Positions 22,890 to 33,883 are shown, numbered from the stretch's first letter. The stretch: DNA of 64,000 bases from an uncultured Planctomycetaceae bacterium (GCA_963813715.1 CAWFAK010000009.1:416001-480000); one strand, 5' to 3'. Numbers and translations are program-made. Notes: generated by a model from the letters alone, not told the origin.

Positions 22890-24990
22890 AGCAAATTCCA
22901 GTAATACAGAAACCAGGCGAAGCCGAGCCCAGCAAACGCGACCAGCGAGTAGTGCACGCGGCCGGAAAACCGCCAATAGCCGCGGGACCATGCGACGATC
23001 GAACCCAAGAGCGCGATGGCCGCCAGTCCGACGCACACCTGCGGAACCAGGAGCGCGTACTCCAGCTCGCGCGGCGTGCCGTAGACCACTTGTTCCGGCT
23101 CGCGCAGCCCCCACGCTAGCGCGCCCATGAAAACCAGTGCAGCCGCCGACAACAGCCAGCCGAAGAACGAAATCAGCCCGGACAGGAACGAGCGGCGGAA
23201 GCGAGTCGATTTGGTGCCGCGACGTGCGAACGCCAGCACGGGCCAAAACAAGAAACGCCGAAAGAAAGACCAGCCCGCAAGCCGCGGCGAGCCCCTGGTG
23301 ATAGCGAGGCTGGTTCACGCCCGTTTCGCGGATCATGGCCGCGGCCGGCACGTCGGCCATATAAACCTGCGAGATGTTACCCTGTTCGTCCTCGTGGAAG
23401 ATCAGCTTGCGGCGCCCATCCAGCTCGCGAAAGACGAGCGGCCCCTCGGGCACATAACGCCGCGGCTCGCCGCTGAACCCGGCCGTCAGCGTGCCATTGT
23501 CGTTGGCGTGGACGGTGAATGGCTGCAGCAACAGGACCAGCTTGGCATAAGTCGTTTCGGAATGTCGCGAGCCGCTGTATTCCCCCTCGAATCGCTTGAG
23601 CGAGGCGACGTCAGCTGTCGTCGTTCGCGAGCGCGGCTCCGGCGGGCCGGGGAAGTAGCGGTCGAGAAACGCATCGAGGACTTCTTCCCGCGCCCCGCCT
23701 GCCCGATCGGTGTTATACGACAGGAATAGGCCAACCTTCTGCTCCGGGATCATCGCAAACAGCGTATGAAACAGCAGGGTGTCGCCGCCGTGATGAAGGA
23801 TTCGCTGGCCATTCCGGTTGAGCTCCCAAAAGCCATAACACATCGCGTCGACTTTCGGGTCGTGGGCAAAAAGACGCTCTCGCATGCGACGAGCCGTCTC
23901 CGGCTTGAGGATCCGCACGTCGCCATACTTGCCGTCGTTTAAATGGGCGATCAGAAAGTGGGACATGTCGGCGGCGGAGGCGCTGATCGCTCCGGCGGGC
24001 GATAGCGGCACGTACTCGAAGCTCTCTTCTTTGAAACGGCCGTCGGACCACTTGTAGGCCTTCGATACCGTTGCCGGGAGCTTCAGTGCGTCCGGTTGCC
24101 GCGCGAGCGTGTATTTCATGCCCAGGGGAACGAGCAGCCGCTCCTCGACAACGTCTTCCCATGTTTTGCCGGCGACCGTGGCCACCGCCAACCCGGCCAG
24201 CGCGGAACCATAATTCGAGTATGACGCGACGACTCCCGGCGGCCGCACGCGGGCCGGCATGTCGCTCTTGAGGACTTCGGCCAGCGGCTTCATCTCGGCC
24301 GCGCGATGGGCAAACAGGCCGACCGGCCGATCCTCGAAGCCCGGCGTGTGCGTCATCAGGTCCTTGAGCGTGATCGGCTTGCCGAATGCCGCGGGGATTT
24401 GCACGCCGGTCCCCTTGAGATACGTATTGATGTCGGCATCAGGATCGAGTTTCCCCTCTTCGACCAGCTGCATGGCGCTCGTCCAAGTGAAGAGCTTGGT
24501 GACCGAGGCGATGCGGAACATCGTGGTTTGCGGATCGACGGGCAGCTGTTTCTCAACGTCCGCGTAGCCGTACCCCTTCGTGAAGACCAACTTGTCGCCA
24601 ACGACGACGGCCACCACAGCTCCGGCGATGTGCTTCGATTCGAGTTGCACGCGCAGTGCGCCGTCGAAGAAGGCTTCGAGATCCTCGGCATTCCCGACTG
24701 GATGGGGCTTGGCGGCCGCTTGGGCTGCCACCGTCGGCGCGCTTGCGCGGCGGCGAAACGGGCTCGACGTGCGTTGCCGGCGGAGTGGCGGACGGCTGAG
24801 CTGCGGCGGGCTTGCCGGTCGGCGGCGAATTGGACTCGGGGGCCGGCTTGTCGGCCGCTTTCACCGCCACAGCCGGTGCCGGATGGGTGGGCAGCTTTGG
24901 GGCGGGCGGCTCGGGAGCGGTTGCAGAAATTGCTGAACCGGCCGCCGCTATCAGGCTGCAAAAAATCGCGCAACAGGTGAGCGAACGCAT
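22853..24990 (-). CDS. Serine hydrolase (beta-lactamase/AmpC-like family) with C-terminal TM segments; indels near 24740 and 23250
   Basis: FRIASVTKLFT (SxxK), YSNYG, LMTHTPG and HGGD motifs. Signal peptide MRSLTCCAIFCSLIAAA; TM tail in ORF 22853..23251. Confidence 0.85.
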
Positions 24991-25140
24991 CGAAGTCTGC
25001 CTTGCCAGAGATGTCTCGGGAGCGATCCCCTTCAGTTTAATAGCCGGCTGCTGAGGAATTCGATCCGCGCGGGCATTTCTTGACTTGGGCGGGCTTTACC
25101 TACGCTTCAGATTGGGCACGTCAGGCCCTCACAGACTCGG

Positions 25141-25169
25141 TTGACACTCTTCGGCGACAGGGGTCTAAT
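25141..25169 (+). promoter_or_regulatory. Putative sigma70-type promoter of the CXXCH gene
   Basis: TTGACA-17 bp-TCTAAT; GGAGG RBS just upstream of ATG 25316. Confidence 0.5.
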
Positions 25170-25315
25170 CGTTGCCTGATAAAGCCCGATCTCGGCAGAT
25201 CTTGCGATCGCCGTGCCATGATGTTCGTCCGATGTTTCGCTGGTTCGAATCGCAGCCGGTGGGACGTGACGTTGAGCGTCGGGCTGTGTGGTTCCCGAAC
25301 CGGAGGAAATCGTCA

Positions 25316-25690
25316 ATGTTGAAGTTGTCGCTGAAGGCTGTCACGGGGTTGGCGCTGGCGCTTGCCGCGTTGGTGTGGTTGATGTCGGCCCGTCCGGCTG
25401 AAGCCCGCCCCCAATACCTGGGTGTCTGGATCAAGACGTATCCCGATGTTGCGGCAAAGAACAACGTAAAGACGGCCGTGAAGTGCAACGTCTGTCACTT
25501 CGGCGCCACGAAGAAAAACCGTAACGACTACGGCAAGGCTATTACGAAGGCCCTCGGCGAGAAGAACGTCAAGGACAAGGACAAGGTCGAAGACGCGCTG
25601 AAGACGGCCGCCAAAGAGAAAAACGCGGACGGCAAGACCTTCGATGAACTGCTCCAGGCCAACGAGCTTCCCGGTTCCAAGGAGAAGTAG
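25316..25690 (+). CDS. Small secreted Lys-rich protein with a single CXXCH heme-binding motif (putative c-type cytochrome)
   Basis: Sec signal MLKLSLKAVTGLALALAALVWLMSARPAEA; KCNVCHFG...RNDYGKAI; GGAGG RBS. Confidence 0.8.
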   Translation: MLKLSLKAVTGLALALAALVWLMSARPAEARPQYLGVWIKTYPDVAAKNNVKTAVKCNVCHFGATKKNRNDYGKAITKALGEKNVKDKDKVEDALKTAAKEKNADGKTFDELLQANELPGSKEK

Positions 25691-25768
25691 GGACCTCCAC
25701 ACAACGCCCGGTGCAGTCGCCGTCCTTTCGGACCGTGGCTCCGGCACTGTGGCGCGGCACGGATTCGC

Positions 25769-25804
25769 AGAAAGACCGCCGACTTCGGCGGTCTTTCTCT
25801 TTTC
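25769..25804 (+). terminator. Intrinsic (likely bidirectional) terminator
   Basis: AGAAAGACCGCCG-ACTT-CGGCGGTCTTTCT followed by CTTTTT, between convergent genes. Confidence 0.8.
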
Positions 25805-25825
25805 CAGCTGCCCAAACGCTTTGTT

Positions 25826-26581
25826 TCAGCCGCGCGCCGCACCGTTCTCCGGCGGCGGCACGTGCGGGCTGCGAAGATGAAAATCGATGACCAGCGGCAA
25901 GTGATCGGAGGCGATTCGCGCCAGCCGGCTGCGCACGATCCTCGCTTGCCGGATGGAAATGTCGCCGCGAATGAACGCCTTGTCGAGCGAACCCATGGCC
26001 AGGTACGACGGAAACGTGCGAAAGCGGGAGATCGGCGCGGTCACCTGGTGAAAGCCGTACGCCCCGAGCACGGCCTCGCCCAGCCGGTTCCGCCAATCGT
26101 TCGAGTCGCCGATCAGCAGCGTGGGCAGCGTCTCGGCCGACCGAAAAAGGGAGTGCTCCAGCACGTGTCGGACCTGCCAGCGCCGCTCCTGCTCGGCGAG
26201 TCCCAAGTGCCAGTGGACGATGTGCAAGAGCCCTTCGGGCGTCTCCAGGACAGCCAACTGGGCGCCGCGCGGCTTTCGCTCTTCGTGACGCAGCGAAATC
26301 TGATGGTGGTTGCGCAGCGGCCAGCGCGTCAGCAGCAGGTTGCCATAGCCCCCTTCCTTGAGACGCACGTTCATCTGGTACAGGGGCTGCCGATCGCCGA
26401 AATAATCGACCAAAAGCTGCGGCTGGTCGTGATAGCGTGAGCGACGAACGTTCCGATCGACTTCTTGCAGACAAACGATGTCTGGGTTGGCCGCTTCGAT
26501 GACAGCCAGGACGCGACCGAACCGGTAGCGCCGGTCGCGGCCGCCGATGCCTTTGTGAATGTTGTAACTGAGGATCCGCAT
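25826..26581 (-). CDS. Endonuclease/exonuclease/phosphatase family protein (YbhP/ElsH-like)
   Basis: MRILSYNIHKG, DIVCLQEVD, GDSNDW, SLDKAF, ASDHLPL. Confidence 0.92.
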   Translation of the reverse strand: MRILSYNIHKGIGGRDRRYRFGRVLAVIEAANPDIVCLQEVDRNVRRSRYHDQPQLLVDYFGDRQPLYQMNVRLKEGGYGNLLLTRWPLRNHHQISLRHEERKPRGAQLAVLETPEGLLHIVHWHLGLAEQERRWQVRHVLEHSLFRSAETLPTLLIGDSNDWRNRLGEAVLGAYGFHQVTAPISRFRTFPSYLAMGSLDKAFIRGDISIRQARIVRSRLARIASDHLPLVIDFHLRSPHVPPPENGAARG

Positions 26582-26721
26582 ACCTGTGGCTTTTTAGTCA
26601 GCTCCTCGAATGTCTCTCGCCCCTGCGGCTTTCGTTCCGTTCGTCGGCCACGCGACTCCCTCTGCGGCCCACGCTATTATGGCGAGACCAACTCCGACCG
26701 TGCTTCTTGGGAACTACAGCG

Positions 26722-27180
26722 ATGCAATTCATGGATCTCGTCGACTACGCCTCGCGCTGGCTGCATGTTTCCACGGCGATCGTGTTGGTGGGCGGGACGG
26801 TGTTCATTCGCTTCGTGCTGACGCCCAATGCCGAGCAGCTCTCTCAAAACGAGCACGACCGTCTGCGCGAGCTAGTCACGGCAACGTGGCGCAAGTTTGT
26901 CAGGGCCGGAATTCTCCTGTTTCTGTTAACGGGCCTCTACAATTACTTTGCCGTGGCGGTTCCGAAGCATCATGGCGACGGGCTGTACCACGCGTTGATG
27001 GGGACCAAGATCCTGCTGGCGTTCGGCGTCTTCTTCCTGGCGGAAGCGCTCGTGGGCCGCTCCGCCGCGTTCGCCCCCTTGCGAGCGAAGCGAAAACTTT
27101 GGCTGATGGTGCTGATCCTCTTAGCATTCGTTATCGTGGCGATCTCCAGCGTGCTCCGCGTCCGGGGCGTCGTGGTCTAA
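26722..27180 (+). CDS. Four-TM membrane protein (CopD/DUF4149-like)
   Basis: SRWLHVSTAIVLVGGTVF...LTGLYNY...YHALMGTKILLA; four hydrophobic segments. Confidence 0.75.
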   Translation: MQFMDLVDYASRWLHVSTAIVLVGGTVFIRFVLTPNAEQLSQNEHDRLRELVTATWRKFVRAGILLFLLTGLYNYFAVAVPKHHGDGLYHALMGTKILLAFGVFFLAEALVGRSAAFAPLRAKRKLWLMVLILLAFVIVAISSVLRVRGVVV

Positions 27181-27771
27181 GTCGCAAGAGTGAGTGCGTC
27201 GCCGCCCCTCGAACGCTTCGTCGTGATAATCCTTCTGATCGGTAGATTCCCGGCTCACCTCCGGCGGTGATTCGCCGAATTCCGCGGACGACCGCGCGCT
27301 TTTCTGAGATCAATCGCGCGCTTTTCTGCGTCTTAATTATTTGGACTGTCTCAATTACTGGGCAGCCAACCGGACACGTCCTTGATCCCGCCCGACAAAG
27401 TCCCTCCGGACGGGCGACCAAGCCTCCGCATCCCCTGTCGTGGCACGCCCCATGCCGCCTCTCAGAAGAGTGGGGCAAAAAACGCGTGGAGCCTCGACAC
27501 CCCTTGACCCGATATGATACATTTGTACATTACTCGACAGCTTGTATTTTTGAAAATTCGTTTGCATGCGAACTTTTTTGTTCAAGCTACATCTAATCCC
27601 TGCGTAATTACAGCTAGGGCCACGGAGCGTCGGTTATTGGGCTGTCCCGACGTCCGTTTGATGTCGTGGTTTTTGCAGTTCGTCATAAGTCGCAAACCGT
27701 TTGAGCCATTCAATTTGCACCTTGTGATGCTAAAGCTCAGGCGAGTCAAAGGTTAGCAATGGGGGGAGGGC

Positions 27772-29445
27772 GTGATGAAAGCTTCGCGATATTGCCACCC
27801 CGTCATGAAACAGTTGACGGATCAACAAGTCCGATACGCGCCGCGCGATGTGCGGCTGACGCAGATTCGGCGAGCTGAGCGACTGGTCCGCGAGCTCGAT
27901 CCGGGCAAGTCCTATCCGTATCACGAGATCTGTGAGCGGGTTACCACGTTTCGCCCGGAGCTGTACCCAGACCTGGTCATTCAAGGGAACGATGCGGTCC
28001 ACGATTTGCGGTGTTTTGTTGAGGATCTGTCCGACAGCACGGACCTGGACGTCTCAAACGTCGACGAGCCCGTGCTGACCGTGGACGAGATCAGTCGGCG
28101 GTTCAACGTCTCCACAAAGACGGTGGATCGATGGCGGGATCGGGGGCTGATCAGCCGCCGGTTCAAGTTCGGCAAACGGAAACGCATCGGATTTTTGAAG
28201 TCGAGCGTCGAAACGTTTGTCTCACGCCATGCCGACGAGGTGCGGCGGAGCAGCCGGTTCAGCCAGCTGTCGCCGTGGGAGCGGGAAGAAATCGTAGAGC
28301 GGGCTCGACGGTTGGCTCGGTACGGCGGATGTCCGTCCGAGGTTGCCCGTCGATTGGCACGAAAACTGAGACGTTCACCCGAGACGATTCGTTACACGCT
28401 CAAAAATCACGATCGCGAGCACCCGGAGAGCGCCGTGTTCCCCTTTGCTTCGACACCGTTGTCCGATGAGCAGAAGAAGGAAATCTACCGGAGCAGCCGT
28501 CGAGGCGTTCCGGCCGCTCGGCTAGCGCGCACATATTGTCGCACGAAGGCGAGCGTTTACCGCATTATCTCGGAAATGCGGGCACACCGTCTGATCGACC
28601 AGCCGGTCGAGTTCATGGACAGCCCCGAGTTCCACAAGCCGCACGCGGAAGCGATGATCCTCGGTCCGCCGCCGGAGACGAGCCGGTTCGAAGGGCGCGT
28701 CAAGGCACCGCCGGGACTGCCTCCGTACCTGGCCAGTCTGTACTCGATTCCGCTGTTGACCCGCGAGCAGGAGGCCTACTACTTCCGGAAGATGAACTTC
28801 CTCAAGTTCAAGGCATCGCGCCTGCGGGACAAGCTCAACAAGGCGCGGCCGCACACGAAGGACATGGACGCGATCGAGGGCTTGCTGGACCAAGCCGTGG
28901 AGATCAAGAACTTCCTGATCCGCAGCAACCTGCGGCTGGTGGTCTCGATCGCCAAACGGCACATCAAGCCGACGAGCAACTTCTTCGAGATGGTCAGCGA
29001 CGGGAACATGTCCTTGATTCGGGCAATCGAGAAATTCGATTACACGAAGGGGAACAAGTTCTCGACCTACGCCACGTGGGCCATCATGAAGAACTTTGCC
29101 CGGTCGATCCCGGCCGAGCACAGCCTGCTTGAGCGGTTTCGCACGGGTAAGGACGAGGTCTTCCAGCATTCGACCGAGCACCGGGGCGATCAGTTCCGCG
29201 AGGAGTTGGTCAACCAGCGGCAGCGGCAGATGATCCTGGAAATCCTCGATCAGCTCGACAATCGGGAGAAGGACATCATCATGTTCCGCTACGGCCTCAC
29301 GCAGGGGACGGAGCCGCAAACGCTCGAACAGGTGGGCTCGAAACTGGGCGTCACCAAGGAGCGAATCCGTCAGCTGGAAGCACGGGCGCTGCGGAAGCTG
29401 CGAAAGATCGCCCAAGACGACAAGTTGGAGATCCCGGGCGAATAA
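27772..29445 (+). CDS. Sigma-70 family factor with long N-terminal multi-HTH extension
   Basis: Region 1.2-like [16 protein letters not shown]; region 2 [14 protein letters not shown]...[28 protein letters not shown]; region 4 [28 protein letters not shown]. Confidence 0.92.
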   Translation: MMKASRYCHPVMKQLTDQQVRYAPRDVRLTQIRRAERLVRELDPGKSYPYHEICERVTTFRPELYPDLVIQGNDAVHDLRCFVEDLSDSTDLDVSNVDEPVLTVDEISRRFNVSTKTVDRWRDRGLISRRFKFGKRKRIGFLKSSVETFVSRHADEVRRSSRFSQLSPWEREEIVERARRLARYGGCPSEVARRLARKLRRSPETIRYTLKNHDREHPESAVFPFASTPLSDEQKKEIYRSSRRGVPAARLARTYCRTKASVYRIISEMRAHRLIDQPVEFMDSPEFHKPHAEAMILGPPPETSRFEGRVKAPPGLPPYLASLYSIPLLTREQEAYYFRKMNFLKFKASRLRDKLNKARPHTKDMDAIEGLLDQAVEIKNFLIRSNLRLVVSIAKRHIKPTSNFFEMVSDGNMSLIRAIEKFDYTKGNKFSTYATWAIMKNFARSIPAEHSLLERFRTGKDEVFQHSTEHRGDQFREELVNQRQRQMILEILDQLDNREKDIIMFRYGLTQGTEPQTLEQVGSKLGVTKERIRQLEARALRKLRKIAQDDKLEIPGE

Positions 29446-29680
29446 TGCCCTTTGATCGCAGGTGCTGATCCGCCAGCCCGTGGGAACGCCTGATCGCGAG
29501 CCGACCAGGCGGGAGCCCCGGTGGAAGCCGGCGGGAAGTCGCCGCGGCAAAAGGCGACGATTCGGCCAAACCGGCGACTGGTGCGGGCAATCTGCGACCA
29601 GCCGCCGGTTGGATTTTCTGCGGGTGGCTGCCGCTGAGAAACGCTCTCCCCAGCGGGGCTTTGGGGGCGTCCTTTCTCCC

Positions 29681-29708
29681 TTGCAACACACATGTTGCAT
29701 GCTATATT
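29681..29708 (+). promoter_or_regulatory. Putative promoter of the tRNA-tuf operon, overlapped by a palindrome
   Basis: TTGCAA-16 bp-TATATT with extended -10 TGn; TGCAACA-CACA-TGTTGCA at 29682-29699. Confidence 0.5.
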
Positions 29709-29735
29709 GAGCAGCTTGTCGCAGGAGCCAGGCCC

Positions 29736-29808
29736 GCTAGCGTAGCTCAATTGGTAGAGCCCCGGTTTTGTAAACCGGTGGTTGTGGGTTCAAGTCCCTC
29801 CGCTAGCT
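29736..29808 (+). tRNA. tRNA-Thr(TGT)
   Basis: Acceptor GCTAGCG/CGCTAGC; anticodon arm CCGGT-TTTGTAA-ACCGG; T-loop TTCAAGT. Confidence 0.96.
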
Positions 29809-29946
29809 TCGGGACGATTCAGGCGATCTTCGCTCCAGCAGGCCCCCATTTAATTTGTGATCGTTCAGGTTTTGTGATCGTTCAGGGAGGCGCAACGCAA
29901 CGAACGGGCGATCGGTTCGCTGGAAGTTGGTCACATGCAGGTTACT

Positions 29947-30028
29947 GGGGGAATTCCCGAGCGGTCAAAGGGGCCAGACTGTAAATCTGGTGGCATAGCC
30001 TTCGAAGGTTCGAATCCTTCTTCCCCCA
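29947..30028 (+). tRNA. tRNA-Tyr(GTA)
   Basis: Acceptor GGGGGAA/TTCCCCC; CCAGA-CTGTAAA-TCTGG; long variable arm; GAAGG-TTCGAAT-CCTTC. Confidence 0.97.
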
Positions 30029-30237
30029 CTGCGTGGCGGGTGAGCCGCGCGATCCAGCGAAGAAGTTGCCAAGAACCTGAGGGGGGCCGGCGCGGACAAG
30101 ACGACGTCGAACAGGGCGTAGGGAGACGTTGGCATGCCGAGTCGAGCCAAAGCCGGTTGTCAGAGTGTCATTCATCGTCAGGGTGTCATTCCGGGAAATG
30201 TCCTCGCGTGGAGTGTCGTTGACGGGGGGAGAACATC

Positions 30238-30308
<71 letters not shown>

Positions 30309-30336
30309 TTCCAGCGGAGGTGAAGACCGTTTGGTT

Positions 30337-30412
<76 letters not shown>

Positions 30413-30544
30413 GGCGGCGGAGTTCTCCGCCGTCCGCCTCGCAGGCGTCACGCGAAGTTTGATCATCGGTCTACAATTAATCGGTAAACAATCAATCGGG
30501 TTTTGCAGTTGTAAACAGGTTGAAGAGAGGGAAAAGGACGAGAC

Positions 30545-31742
<1,198 letters not shown>

Positions 31743-31766
31743 AAGATTCGATCGATTGAATTAAGG

Positions 31767-31811
31767 AACGGCTCAGCGGGGGCTTTAGCTCCCGCGAGCC
31801 GCTCTTTCGTT
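31767..31811 (+). terminator. Hairpin after tuf (possible terminator)
   Basis: CGGCTC(A)GCGGGGGC-TTTA-GCTCCCGCGAGCCG followed by CTCTTTCGTT. Confidence 0.5.
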
Positions 31812-31833
31812 GGGTTCCAAAAGAGGTGTCGTC

Positions 31834-31989
31834 GTGCCTCGCGAGTATGTCTGGTTGGAATGCACCGAAACCGGGATGCGAAACTATCGCGTTCCGAAAG
31901 AGACTCGGGGCACGGAGCGTCTCGAGCTGATGAAATACTGCCCGAAGCTGCGTCGCCACACGCTGCACAAAGAATCAAGGAAGAAGTAG
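31834..31989 (+). CDS. rpmG: 50S ribosomal protein L33 (not in the ORF track, 51 aa)
   Basis: Manual translation from GTG with GAGG RBS: MPREYVWLECTETGMRNYRVPKETRGTERLELMKYCPKLRRHTLHKESRKK*; tuf-rpmG-trnW-secE synteny. Confidence 0.93.
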   Translation: MPREYVWLECTETGMRNYRVPKETRGTERLELMKYCPKLRRHTLHKESRKK

Positions 31990-32064
31990 AGATTCCCGGT
32001 TCCGTTCCGGCGTTTGGCGAAAGCCGGGGGCCGGCTGGCCGAGTTTGAGCGAACGCGAACGGTT

Positions 32065-32140
<76 letters not shown>

Positions 32141-32305
32141 GACGATGCCCGCATTTGCCAGGGGCATCTGACGCAGGGGCAGCCGAGGCAAGGGCTGACG
32201 GCGGCACAAGCGGGCTGGCAAATGGAGCGGCCAAGGCCGAATCGCAAGGCGGCAATTCGGGGTTTGGACGCGATTTGAGATTCGAGAAACGCGAAACGAG
32301 GCGTC

Positions 32306-32737
32306 ATGGCCAAGAACGAAGCGCTCAGTAGCTTTTGGGTATCCCTGCTCTCGCCGGCGATCTACAAGCGCACGCAAGGGAAGCGGGTGCGGCAGACGAC
32401 GGCCGGACTGGTGATCGTTTGGGTCGCCTACGGTTGTTACACGCTGGCGAACGGCCCGCTGCTGGACTCCAGCCGCGAAGTTCGCCTGGTTGTACCGACC
32501 GTGATCGGTGTGATCCTGTCGTGGATGGCCTATCGGGCGGTCAACGTCCCGCAGTTTGCGGACTTTTTGATCGCCGTCGAAGTGGAGATGAAAAAGATCT
32601 CCTGGCCGAGCATGCAGCGGTGCTTCCGGGCGAGCGCGGTGGTGATCGTGACCATGTTTTTCATGGCCGCCATGCTGTTTTTATACGACCAGGTGTGGAT
32701 GCGGTTCTTCGTCTGGATCGGGGTCCTGAAGGTCTGA
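32306..32737 (+). CDS. secE: Preprotein translocase subunit SecE (3-TM)
   Basis: YKRTQGKRVRQ...FADFLIAVEVEMKKISWPS; synteny. Confidence 0.92.
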   Translation: MAKNEALSSFWVSLLSPAIYKRTQGKRVRQTTAGLVIVWVAYGCYTLANGPLLDSSREVRLVVPTVIGVILSWMAYRAVNVPQFADFLIAVEVEMKKISWPSMQRCFRASAVVIVTMFFMAAMLFLYDQVWMRFFVWIGVLKV

Positions 32738-33066
32738 TCAGGCTGGTGCCGCGACGGTTGGCGGTCGGCTTGACGGCGTCGTCGGCGTGAATCTGACGGG
32801 TTGAGGAAAGGCGTGAGGGGGCGTCGGCCGGGGTGCGGAATGCGACTTGACGGGGTCGCGGACTGCGGATTGCGGCTGACCTAAGTTTCGAGTCCCCGGG
32901 TGGATGCTCTTCCGGGGGGCGGGAGGGCCTGATCCTTGCAAAATTGGCGGCGCGCGCCCATGATGCAAGTTCCGCCATTTCACTCCTGCGGGGAGATTGT
33001 TGTCTTTTAACCGTGCCGATGACCGTGCCCCATCAACTACTTGCGGACCCGCCCAGGGAATTGGAA

Positions 33067-33645
33067 ATGGACGAAGAATCCCCGTCTGGCGATGCTCATG
33101 CCGCCGTGCAGGAGGGCATGCGCTGGTACGTGCTGAAGGTCCAGAGCAACCGCGAAAAGTCAATCCGTGACTCGCTGGTGCGGCGGCTCAAGCGCGAAGG
33201 GCTCGAGGACAAGTTCGGCGAGATCATCATTCCCACCGAAAAGGTCAAGGAAGCCAAAGGGGGCAAGACCCGGGTCACCGAGCGCAAGCTCTATCCCGGC
33301 TACATCATGGTCCAGATGATCCTCAACGACGAAACCTGGTATCTCGTGCGAGACACCAGCGGCGTCGGGGACTTCACCGGTTCGGCGGGCAAGCCGAGCC
33401 CGATGGACCAGTCGGAAATCGATCAGATGCTCGGCAAGAAAGTGAGTGCCGAGGCTGAGCCGCAGAAGATCAAGATCAACCTGGCCCGCGGCGACGCGGT
33501 GAAGATCAAGGAAGGGACGTTCGAGAGCTTCGAGGGGACGGTCGAGGCGATCGACGAAGAGCACGGCAAGATCACGGTGCTGATCGAAATCTTCGGCCGC
33601 TCGACGCCCGTGGAACTCGAATACTGGCAGGCCGAGAAAGTGTGA
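33067..33645 (+). CDS. nusG: Transcription termination/antitermination factor NusG
   Basis: [40 protein letters not shown] domain [18 protein letters not shown]...[10 protein letters not shown]. Confidence 0.96.
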   Translation: MDEESPSGDAHAAVQEGMRWYVLKVQSNREKSIRDSLVRRLKREGLEDKFGEIIIPTEKVKEAKGGKTRVTERKLYPGYIMVQMILNDETWYLVRDTSGVGDFTGSAGKPSPMDQSEIDQMLGKKVSAEAEPQKIKINLARGDAVKIKEGTFESFEGTVEAIDEEHGKITVLIEIFGRSTPVELEYWQAEKV

Positions 33646-33690
33646 GTGGCTGGACCCATCGCTTTCGGGACCGATTTTCAGGGTCGCCGG

Positions 33691-33868
33691 ATGGGGATCG
33701 AGTTCCTCGCGTGGGCGACGCGGCGAGTGATAGACGGAGCATTTGAGAGTTTCGAGGGGACGGTTGAACTGATCGACGAGGAACGCGGGAAGATCACGAT
33801 CAAGATCGAGATTTTTCGTCGTGCGACTCCGGTTGAAGTGGAATTCTGGCAGGTCAAAAAAAATCTGA
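33691..33868 (+). CDS. Stand-alone NusG C-terminal (KOW) domain paralog (frame also open from GTG 33646; reconstructed end ...WQVKKI*)
   Basis: [45 protein letters not shown] aligns with the NusG CTD immediately upstream. If the 8-A run at 33856-33863 is 7 A, TGA 33866-33868 falls at the homologous stop position. Confidence 0.7.
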
Positions 33869-33883
33869 CCTGCGGGGCAAGTC

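Noticed and set aside
22853..24990. Beta-lactamase as an antibiotic-resistance gene
   Set aside because: SxxK/YxN serine hydrolases with C-terminal TM segments are a broad peptidase/esterase family; nothing here specifically indicates beta-lactam hydrolysis.
27181..27771. AT-rich stretch as a horizontally acquired island or replication origin
   Set aside because: It is short, has no mobility genes or clear DnaA-box cluster, and is adequately explained as the promoter region of the sigma factor gene.
30158..30192. Direct repeat GTCAGAGTGTCATTC / GTCAGGGTGTCATTC in the tRNA-Tyr/Gly spacer
   Set aside because: Only two short copies; most likely a local duplication with no supportable function.
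33643..33690. nusG UGA as a selenocysteine codon with SECIS
   Set aside because: The UGA sits at the normal NusG C-terminus, not at a Cys-equivalent catalytic position, and no sel genes are in view. Only generic read-through is kept as a hypothesis.
33511..33868. NusG CTD copy as an assembly duplication artefact
   Set aside because: The two copies differ at many positions, largely synonymous third positions and conservative substitutions, which sequencing error would not produce.
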